Notes under the pieces: generated by a model
What the model was told of the DNA's origin: nothing
The model's database searches: none
What the model saw: the letters and a program-made list of their open reading frames with translations, nothing else
NCBI GenBank assembly: GCA_050747525.1
Contig: JBOGOC010000097.1
Coordinates: 74,209 to 138,208, forward strand
Length of the DNA: 64,000 nucleotides
Direction of reading: 5' to 3'
From: Candidatus Polarisedimenticolia bacterium
GTDB lineage: Bacteria > Acidobacteriota > Polarisedimenticolia > JACPZX01 > DASXTC01
In this document: piece by piece, positions 18,701 through 25,382 of the stretch
How positions within the stretch are numbered: the first letter of the stretch is position 1
Layout of the letters: every line of letters begins with the position of its first letter
Made by a program: the position numbers and the translations under genes

Positions 18701-20268
18701 ACATCTACTTCGTCAATCTGGGCAACGACGCGCCGGTCTTTCCGCCGGTCCCGATTCCGGTCAGCCTCGACGCCGGCGAGGCGTACAGCGTGGATCTCAC
18801 GGCGACCGATCCGGACTTCGAGCCCGTGACCTACCCCGCGGCGACCCTGCCTTTCGGGGCTACGTTCGATCCGGTGACTCACGTCTTCAGCTGGACACCG
18901 ACCAACTCGCAGGGCGGCACGCACAACATCACGTTCAGCGCGAGGGATGCCCATGGAGCGACGGGCTACAGACTGCTGTCCATCGTCGTCACCGTGCTCC
19001 ACAACGAGCTGGTGACCGCCGCCGGGAACCAGACGAATCCCGCCGTGACGTCCCAGTCCGACGGGAACCTGGTGGTGTTCGAGGACGACCGGTCCGGTGA
19101 CATGGAGCTCTACCTCCACAACCCGACCACGGGCCGCGACATCCGGCTGACGAACCATCCCGCCGGACAACGCAGCCCGTTCCTGTACGGCAGGTCGGTT
19201 CTGTGGGAGGACAACCGTACGGGCGTGTGGAACATCTTCCAGTGTCTGTACGATCCCGTCGCTGAGACCTGCCCGCCGCAGCAGGTCAGCTTCCCGCTGG
19301 CTCCTGTCGTCAACTACATCCGGGCCGAAAAACCCGAGCGCTCCGGGGATCTCATCGTCTGGCAGGGCTATCGGAACTTCCTCAACTTCCAGTACGACAT
19401 CTGGGTCAACGACACGGCGGGCGGCGGCGAGCGGGCGATCACGTTGATCGAGGGCTCACAGGAGAACCCGGCGGTCAACGGAAGCCTCATCGCGTGGCAG
19501 GACAACCGGCACGGGAACTGGGAGATCTACCTCTGCCGGTACAGCCAGGGCAACTGCCCCGAGCGTCGGATCACCACGGATCCCGGGATTCAGAGGAACC
19601 CGGTCATCTCGGGGAGCTACGTGGTCTGGGAGGACAATCGCAACGGGAACTGGGATCTGTACTACTGCCTCTACAACTTCGCGACCGGCGCCTGCCCCGC
19701 GCAGCAGCTCACCAGCCATCCGGCGGATCAGATGGCGATCACGATCAACGGCGGGGTCCGCTGGCTCTGGCAGGACAACCGCGATGGAGACTGGGACATC
19801 TTCACCTGTTACAACGACTTCGTCACCTGTCCGATCATGCGGCTGACGGATCATCCGGCCAATCAGCAGTCACCCGCCATCTCGAGGGACAGTTTCGGGG
19901 ATCTCGTCGTCTGGCAGGACGATCGCGGAGGAACCTGGGATCTACGCTACGCGGACTTCTTCAACCGGGCACCGGTGATCGAACCCATCGGCACCAAGGA
20001 GGTTCAGCCCAACGGCACGCTCTCGTTCCACGTCTTCGCGACGGATCCGGAGGGAGATCCGGTGGCCTACTCCGCCAGCGGCCTTCCGAGCGGGGCGGTC
20101 TTCTATCCGGCCAGCCAGCGATTCACCTGGACCCCGACGCCCTCGCAGCTGGGAACGCACACCGTGAAGTTCACCGCGGAGGATCCCTACTCGAGCTCGT
20201 CCTCGGTGACGATCACCATCAGGGTGCGGTACGTGAAGCCCGATCCTCGAGACCCCACGGAGATGTGA
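15727..20268 (+). CDS. secreted multidomain zinc metalloprotease: PepSY/FTP-like propeptide + M4/M36 (thermolysin/fungalysin-like) catalytic domain + 2 x (7-blade PD40/TolB-like beta-propeller + cadherin-like He_PIG domain)
   Basis: Start taken at MNQTPVAF...LVLILLVLMPGGEVEA (signal peptide). Catalytic HExxH with downstream Glu ligand motif: IIYHEYGHYVD...GEGEALGEGFGDMLAS. Fourteen blade-like repeats of consensus NQtNPAisGxxVVWeDxRnGNwDIY, several with a paired-Cys loop (DPATGQCPQRW, NPATGACGT, DPVSGACPAQQLT, DPVAETCPPQQVS, SQGNCPERRIT, NFATGACPAQQLT). Two about 90-aa cadherin-like domains (NDAPVFPPVPIPVSLDAGEAYSVDLTATDPDFEPVTY... and NRAPVIEPIGTKEVQPNGTLSFHVFATDPEGDPVAY...). Confidence 0.75.
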   Translation: MNQTPVAFTRSIPLVLILLVLMPGGEVEAVSPAPPQGAPPGSGQWLASWEGAPAPGAFRAAEGVVSLGGPHATQAEVVAAVQSHLVANPQLLGGLDPAQEVEVAYSAGIRDMVYVHYRQLLQGEGLDVEGTWVRFSVKRGAGGSIILDTDVRVYPSLTSLLPSASPRPGAELNQAARAALGIAGGTLLREKYVVRHVERRAGQGRWYRVYEARFEESPYTAVVDSDTAEVLGVRDDRRYADPAIQVVQGTLRGDGVWFDPVTTGEDLDTFNLADLAVNAGGQIVYTDDQGRFIFPTLTTPTNVSARLTGRWADVWSYFLDDLTVLGVATPGVPLDLHFNPAGYHSYEVAQVNGYHHTTLVHDWVSTRLGSALPMLDSFTVPVYVNLPGQPCYASFNGSLNFNREGIHEGNECINTAYDTIIYHEYGHYVDALSPLGEGEALGEGFGDMLASYVSGQPEIGENLDDQSPFLRTADNDYRYPPDGFGEIHEVGQAWAGFAWHLRENLIAGLGSVAGRQAAEDLVIPMFVADPYSIPDAVWEVVLLDDADEDLSNGTPHLAEIAGAAARHGLFPFHSDSVTVISYPAMTSVEASQGTVPVIGTVDPAAVYPGLVLQDYELSYGFGRNPGSWISLATGTSAVRNGLLGTWDFSALPVGLYSLRLVARATNGLLFQFVTKVGIEATITPITTDPAWQFSPAISGRNVVWEDHRNGFAFADIWRHDLVTGAASSVTTSPGRQSNPDVAGSLVVWEDYRSDFHGDVYLFDLSTGSEWPLATGALNQIDARVSGNRVVRTDYGNGNADVILCEFDPATGQCPQRWSTNHAATQELPAVSGNVVAWTDYRSGNADVRACTYNPATGACGTLFAPADPSIQWYPHVSDPLIVWEDFRSDPGCFPYPGGPVCDTDIYLRDGAVRTIAISSPGLQMDPVVDAGRKLVVWSGMVEDNLDIFYCRYDPVSGACPAQQLTFDPGNQTNPAIHGDMIIWSDDRGGNLDIYFVNLGNDAPVFPPVPIPVSLDAGEAYSVDLTATDPDFEPVTYPAATLPFGATFDPVTHVFSWTPTNSQGGTHNITFSARDAHGATGYRLLSIVVTVLHNELVTAAGNQTNPAVTSQSDGNLVVFEDDRSGDMELYLHNPTTGRDIRLTNHPAGQRSPFLYGRSVLWEDNRTGVWNIFQCLYDPVAETCPPQQVSFPLAPVVNYIRAEKPERSGDLIVWQGYRNFLNFQYDIWVNDTAGGGERAITLIEGSQENPAVNGSLIAWQDNRHGNWEIYLCRYSQGNCPERRITTDPGIQRNPVISGSYVVWEDNRNGNWDLYYCLYNFATGACPAQQLTSHPADQMAITINGGVRWLWQDNRDGDWDIFTCYNDFVTCPIMRLTDHPANQQSPAISRDSFGDLVVWQDDRGGTWDLRYADFFNRAPVIEPIGTKEVQPNGTLSFHVFATDPEGDPVAYSASGLPSGAVFYPASQRFTWTPTPSQLGTHTVKFTAEDPYSSSSSVTITIRVRYVKPDPRDPTEM

Positions 20269-20440
20269 AGCGCCGTCCCCACGGGTCGCATGCGAGAGCC
20301 ACCCATGGTTTGCGTGGTGCCAGGGGAGGGAATTCAGGCCGTGGCAACGGGACGCGGGAGCCGTCGGCAAGCAGTCCCGTCTCCCAATCGATCAGGTTGC
20401 CGTAGCAATCGAAGCTCAACACCTGGTAGCCTTGGCGGCC

Positions 20441-20857
20441 GTGAAGACCCTCTCGAGCTTGATCCTGCTCTGTGCGCTGGCGCTCCTGACGGCCGGCTGT
20501 GCGAAGGGACCCAAGGTGAAACCCTCGCCGAAAGCCGCTCTCGAGGTGCGCGAGGGGCTTGCCTCCTACTACGGGCAGCGTTTCCACGGCAAGCTCACCG
20601 CCAGCGGTGCTCGATTCGACATGCATGAGCTCGTGGCGGCTCATCCAAGCTACCCGTTCGAAACCATCGTCCGCGTCACCAATCTCCGCAACGCTCGCTC
20701 GGTCCAGGTGCGCATCCTCGACCGGGGACCCTCCCAGCGTGCGCGGGCGGACGGCGTCGTGATCGATCTGTCGTACGGCGCCGCTCGGGCCCTTGGCTTT
20801 GTCGAGGAGGGCCGCACCCGCGTTCGGCTCGAAGTGCTGCGCTGGGGGAAAAAATGA
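20441..20857 (+). CDS. RlpA-like lipoprotein (double-psi beta-barrel domain only)
   Basis: GTG start gives MKTLSSLILLCALALLTAGC (lipobox). DPBB signature GLASYYGQRFHGKLTASGARFDMHELVAAHPSYPFETIVRVTNLRNARSVQVRILDRGP. No SPOR domain. Confidence 0.65.
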   Translation: MKTLSSLILLCALALLTAGCAKGPKVKPSPKAALEVREGLASYYGQRFHGKLTASGARFDMHELVAAHPSYPFETIVRVTNLRNARSVQVRILDRGPSQRARADGVVIDLSYGAARALGFVEEGRTRVRLEVLRWGKK

Positions 20858-21207
20858 CGCGGCTTCGCGCTACGGGCAGGGGGTGCAAAGTTCACCATGA
20901 CCTCCTTCAGCGAGATGACCGCTCCGAGGAAGGCCCTCCAAAGGCTGGATCGGCTCGTGGACGCCGGCCTCCATGATCGCCACCAGGCAATGGCCAGATC
21001 AGTTGACGCACCCCGACACGCTACCCGTGGGGCCGCAGTTGTCCGGTGTGTTGTCAGCCACCGTGCTGCCCGCGAGGTTCACTATTCCCAGCCTGGAGTG
21101 TCTCGGTCTCCCGTCACGTGCACCGCCGATCAACCGCCTGTGCTCGCAGGCCTCCTGCCGGCCGATCCCTGTCCTCCGTCGTCGGACGCCGGTTGCGGCA
21201 GCCTCGC

Positions 21208-21246
21208 GCTCGCTGGGGTGGCGACAGCTTGAAATCCCCCGGCACC
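21208..21246 (+). other. degenerate tRNA-Leu-like remnant (internally deleted), plus orientation
   Basis: gctggggtggcgacagcttgaaatcccccggcacc. Compare the intact tRNA-Leu 5' acceptor/D region (gccggggtggcggaactggcag...), the anticodon loop-stem (cttaaaatcccc) and the 3' acceptor end (ccccggcacca). These are joined with the D-arm core and variable/T arms missing. It lies in a ~600-bp region with no convincing ORF (20860-21440). Confidence 0.25.
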
Positions 21247-21473
21247 GGGACGAGAATGAGCGCAAGGGGTGAGGGCCGTGAGCCAAGACATAATGGCCAC
21301 TTCCCGGACGCTGGACCGGAACCAGGTTCAGACCGACCGCGTCCGCTCACCGGCGGCTGCGTGCCGTTGACGGGGCTCAATCGACCGCTCACCGCCAATC
21401 GGCTTGCCCGGAGGCCGCAGATGGGGTATCGGGATAGCCTGAGATGACTGGCGGGCGGGATCGCGAATCAGCC

Positions 21474-23177
21474 ATGCGGAAACCGCTGCGGCTGTGGCCG
21501 GGCGTGGTCATTGTCGTGCTGCAGTTGCTGATCCGGTTCGGTCTTCCCGTTATCGCGCCCGACGTGGGGGGGTTCGCCCCGCTGAGCGGACCGATCGGCG
21601 CGCTGGCCATCGTCGTCTGGTGGGTGTTCTTCAGCAGAGCCCACTGGTCCGAGCGCGTGGGCGCGTTCTTCCTGATAGTCGCCGCGTTGGCCGCAACACC
21701 GTACATCCTCCACGAATCGGTCCGATCCGGAAACATGGGGATCCAGTTCTTCATTTATGCCCCTGCGGTCTTGAGCCTCGGCTTCGTCGCATGGGCGGTG
21801 GTCATCCGTGACCTCCCTGACCGACTTCGGCGCGCGACGATGGTCGCGACCATCTTGCTCGCGTGCGGCGGGTTTGCGCTTTTCCGGAACGACGGCCTCA
21901 GCGGCGAGGGCGCTCCGGATTTCGCCTGGCGCTGGGCCGAGACGACCGAGGAGCGGCTCCTGGCGCGAGCCGGCGACGAGCCGACGGTGCTCCCCTCGGC
22001 GCCGGCGGCAGCGGAGACGGAAGCTGCGTGGCCCGGCTTTCGCGGGCCCGATCGCGACGGCAGCGTCCGCGGCCTGCAGATCGCGACCGACTGGTCCGCG
22101 TCGCCGCCGGTCGAGCTGTGGCGCCGGCCGATCGGACCAGGCGTCTCGTCGTTCGCGGTCCGCGGCGACCTCCTCTACACGCAGGAGCAGCGCGGCGACG
22201 ACGAAATCGTTGCCAGCTACCGCGTGACGACCGGCGAGCCGGTGTGGAGGCATCGCGATCCGGTCCGGTTCTGGGACTCACACGTCGGCGCCGGTCCGCG
22301 CGGGACGCCGGCATGCGGCGGCGGCCGCGTCTATACGCTCGGTGCGACGGGAATCGTGAACGCGCTCGACGCCGCCGACGGCACCGTGGTGTGGTCGCGC
22401 AACGCCGCGTCTGACTCCAACAGGAAAGTACCGGAGTTCGGCTTCACGAGCTCGCCATTGCTGGTCGACGACGTCGTCATCGTCGCCGTTGCCGGCCAGC
22501 TCCTCGCCTACAACACCGCCACCGGCGATCTTCGCTGGTCCGGCCCGAAGCACGGCGACAGTTTCAGCTCACCTCACCTGTTGACGATCGACGGGGTCGC
22601 ACAGGTCCTGCTCCTAAGCGGCGCAGGGGCCACGAGCGTCGCGCCTGCCGACGGCTCGCTTATCTGGGAGTATACGTGGCCGGGCGACAGCTACTTGCAG
22701 CCGGCCTTGACCGCGGACGGCGATCTGCTGATCGGCGCGATCGAGTTGATGCCGAGCGGCATGCTCCGCCTCTCGGTGGCGCGCGGCCCCGGCGGCTGGG
22801 CCGTCGAGGAACTCTGGAGCTCCAGGGGGTTGAAACCGCATTTCAGCGACTTCGTCGTTCACAAAGGCCACGTCTACGGCTTCGACGGCAACATCCTCGC
22901 GTGCATCGGCGTCGAGAACGGCGAGCGCAAGTGGAAGGGCGGACACTACGGTCAGGGCCAGCTCGTGCTGCTGACCGACCAGGACCTGCTGCTGGTGGTG
23001 TCCGAGGGAGGGGATCTGGTTCTCGTCGCGGCCACTGCCGACGGGTTCAAGGAGCTCGCGCGGTTCCCGGCGATCGAGGGCAGGACCTGGAACCACCCGG
23101 CGCTTGTCGGCGACGTCCTGCTGGTTCGCAACGGCCAGGAGATGGCGGCGTTCCGGCTGCCGCTCGCGGGCGGATGA
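21474..23177 (+). CDS. PQQ-like beta-propeller repeat protein with N-terminal 4-TM domain (BamB-like fold)
   Basis: Start taken at MRKPLRLWPG. Four N-terminal TM helices. Then repeats of the WxxxxGxxxxSSPxxxDGxVY type (LWRRPIGPGVSSFAVRGDLLYT, VWRHRDP..., VVWSRNA..., LRWSGPKHGDSFSSPHLLT, LIWEYTWPGDSYLQPALTADGDLL, RKWKGGHYGQGQLVLLTDQDLL). Confidence 0.7.
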   Translation: MRKPLRLWPGVVIVVLQLLIRFGLPVIAPDVGGFAPLSGPIGALAIVVWWVFFSRAHWSERVGAFFLIVAALAATPYILHESVRSGNMGIQFFIYAPAVLSLGFVAWAVVIRDLPDRLRRATMVATILLACGGFALFRNDGLSGEGAPDFAWRWAETTEERLLARAGDEPTVLPSAPAAAETEAAWPGFRGPDRDGSVRGLQIATDWSASPPVELWRRPIGPGVSSFAVRGDLLYTQEQRGDDEIVASYRVTTGEPVWRHRDPVRFWDSHVGAGPRGTPACGGGRVYTLGATGIVNALDAADGTVVWSRNAASDSNRKVPEFGFTSSPLLVDDVVIVAVAGQLLAYNTATGDLRWSGPKHGDSFSSPHLLTIDGVAQVLLLSGAGATSVAPADGSLIWEYTWPGDSYLQPALTADGDLLIGAIELMPSGMLRLSVARGPGGWAVEELWSSRGLKPHFSDFVVHKGHVYGFDGNILACIGVENGERKWKGGHYGQGQLVLLTDQDLLLVVSEGGDLVLVAATADGFKELARFPAIEGRTWNHPALVGDVLLVRNGQEMAAFRLPLAGG

Positions 23178-23375
23178 TCTGAATTCTCGGCACGCTATGC
23201 CCACCTTCAGCCGGATCATCTACGGCGCGCGGTAACGGCGCTCGATCGGAAGCTCAACTCGTCGAACGAACGCAGCGCATCAAGGAAGACGGGGGAGTGA
23301 GGATCGAGATGGACACTCGGGCCTCAATCCCCTCCTACCTCAACCATCCCACCGTCGCGCAAGTGATTGAATCCA

Positions 23376-23432
23376 TGGTGCCGGGGGTGGGAATCGAACC
23401 CACATGCCGCTTGCGCGGCAGGGGATTTTAAG
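23376..23432 (-). repeat. direct repeat A: 3' half of a tRNA-Leu(UAA) (anticodon loop to CCA); att-site-like fragment
   Basis: Reverse-complement reads cttaaaa|tcccc|tgccgcgcaagcggcat|gtggg ttcgatt cccac|ccccggc|a|cca. That is anticodon loop, stem 3' strand, class-II variable-arm hairpin, T arm, acceptor 3' strand and CCA. It is near-identical to the 3' half of the intact tRNA at 50967-51055. T-stem differences are compensatory (gtggg/cccac versus gcggg/cccgc). Confidence 0.6.
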
Positions 23433-23556
23433 ACGAAACGGGGAGGGCAATGGAATCAGTAAGTTACTAACTCGTTGCCCTTTCCCGTTTCCGAGGGTTA
23501 CGGGGAGCGACCGTATTTTACGAGGGTTATGGACACCCTGATGGACACCTGTTTCA
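23433..23556. repeat. A/C-type flanking arm: 16-bp-stem hairpin plus short direct repeats
   Basis: About 93% identical to 35436-35574. It contains the hairpin gaaacggggagggcaa-[24 nt]-ttgccctttcccgtttc. It also contains two direct-repeat pairs, cgagggttaYgg (x2) and atggacacc (x2), laid out like integrase arm-type sites. Confidence 0.5.
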
Positions 23557-23822
23557 AGGGTGGGCCATCGGTTTCGGGCAACGAAGCGGGTGGGGGTGTG
23601 AGAGCTGGCCTCACCTGAAAACTGTCGGGTCTCGCGGATCGGCGCGCGGTGCCCGGGATGGTGGTGTCGATACAGACGTCCGGGGAGCTGGCGAACTGGC
23701 AGCCGCACCTGCACGCGAGAATTGTCAACCGCAAGGGCGTGTTCACCCCGCTGACGCTGCCCCCGGCGGCGCGCTGGATGGAAAACTTCACGCCGCCGAC
23801 GCAGCTTGACAGCTGACTTCGC

Positions 23823-24593
23823 TCAGCCGTAGCTGCGTCGGGCAATGGTCCTCAGGGCGCGGTAGCCCGCCCGCGCCCCCCGCGCCAGCAATGAAAGAGA
23901 AGAAGCCAATAGGGATGACATGTTCCCCGCGATGCGTTCAGAAACCGGGATCTGCCTGAGCAGTTCCTGCCTTACAAAAACCTGGTTGGGGAATAGCGAT
24001 CTCCACAGCCCATAGCCAACCGCCCGAAGCCGCACTTTGTAGCGATCCAGTCGTAGGAAGTTTTCGAGAATTATTACGTCAGGCCGATAGCGGGCGACGT
24101 CGAGACCTTCGAGCACATCGAGCTCCCACCCCTCAACATCGACCGACAGGACGCCAATGCGGTCCACACCTGCATCTTGCAGGATGCTATCGAGCCGCCG
24201 CACCCTGACCTTGATGAAGGTCTTGCCGCAGCTGGCTGGGAGGAGCTTGGCGTAGCCCTCTTTGATCCCGAGAGAGGAGAAGCTCTCGTAGGAGACAGCG
24301 CCACCTCTGTAGGGCTCTGAGTGCGAGTTGACCACGACGAATTCGACGCTGTCGCGGTCCTCCGTCCCGCATGCGCATTCGAAAATCTCGTGGCCCAGCT
24401 CCCGGTGCATGGCGGCGAATTCGGGATTGGGCTCGATCGCGATCACCCGCCAGCCCTTCTTGCGAAACAGCGCGCTGACCGACAGGTAATCCGGCCGAGC
24501 CGCACCTACATCGACGAATACGCGTTCCGTATTTCCGTCGTCGAAGAACCTCGAGAACACCTTCCGATCAACGTCACCTTCGGCGCGGTTCAT
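23823..24593 (-). CDS. FkbM-family SAM-dependent methyltransferase
   Basis: Methyltransf_21 hallmarks: VFVDVGAARPDYLSV...VIAIEPNPE...LSVDVEGWELDVLEGL. Confidence 0.7.
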   Translation of the reverse strand: MNRAEGDVDRKVFSRFFDDGNTERVFVDVGAARPDYLSVSALFRKKGWRVIAIEPNPEFAAMHRELGHEIFECACGTEDRDSVEFVVVNSHSEPYRGGAVSYESFSSLGIKEGYAKLLPASCGKTFIKVRVRRLDSILQDAGVDRIGVLSVDVEGWELDVLEGLDVARYRPDVIILENFLRLDRYKVRLRAVGYGLWRSLFPNQVFVRQELLRQIPVSERIAGNMSSLLASSLSLLARGARAGYRALRTIARRSYG

Positions 24594-24953
24594 GAAACCT
24601 CCATTCCATTACATCCTATCACGCCAGCGGAGAGGCAGGCAGACCCCCCACATGTTCGCACCGGCGACCGTCAACTGTTGTGGAGCGAGTCTTCGGCGAG
24701 CTTGGGGTCCTGTGGCTGCGGACTCTGCGTGTGGGGCCACCTGCGTGAGCCTTGATGTGAAACCAGTCTGCATGGACTGATCAGCGCCAACGAATGAACT
24801 TTGATGAATCTATCGTGGTTCGCGTAATACTCCCCTTGGCTTGACGCAGGGCGCGGTGAGTCAGTTGCCGGCTCGTGGTCGCGTGGTACGAGTCGGCGAA
24901 CCAGAGGCCCTTGAAGATGTGTGCCCGCTCGGACCCGGATTCGGAGAGCTCAG

Positions 24954-25229
24954 ATGAGCACCTCGGGGTTGATCCACTTCATGGCAGGGGCCCTCGGCTT
25001 TCTGGCCCTTGCGGTGAGCTGCCTCGTGGTTGCGGTGGCGATGTTGCGGCGAGGGAACCCCTGGATGGCGTGCCTGTCCTTCTTCTCCGGGGCTTCGGTC
25101 TTGGGCGGGTTCTTCGCTCCAGCCATGATTCCCGCCTCGGGACCCGTAGCGGGCATCTGGTTCAGCGTCCTCGTCGGGTGGACCTGGCTGGCTCTCACGT
25201 CCGCGCATCTATACCGGGCGGCGCGCTAG
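24954..25229 (+). CDS. small membrane protein (3 TM), function unknown
   Basis: Start at ATG 24954, preceded by GGAGAG. MSTSGLIHFMAGALGFLALAVSCLVVAVAMLRRGNPWMACLSFFSGASVLGGFFAPAMI... Confidence 0.4.
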   Translation: MSTSGLIHFMAGALGFLALAVSCLVVAVAMLRRGNPWMACLSFFSGASVLGGFFAPAMIPASGPVAGIWFSVLVGWTWLALTSAHLYRAAR

Positions 25230-25382
25230 AAGAGGGCCGCCCCAGGACTTCGCCAGATCGATCGCGATAGTCGTATAGTTGATGCCGGGGAAGGTGCGAG
25301 CGCGAAGGGACGGATGGGAATGTCGATTTCAGTACGGCCCGTTCGACTGAACGGTGAACCGTCCTGAAGGAGCGGCGCCATC

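Noticed and set aside
23340-23714. Minus-strand ORFs 23340..23714 and 35370..35714 reading through the tRNA fragments and arm repeats
   Set aside because: They are open frames across conserved non-coding repeats. Their frames are not conserved between copies A, C and D (D is shifted), and they have no start context.
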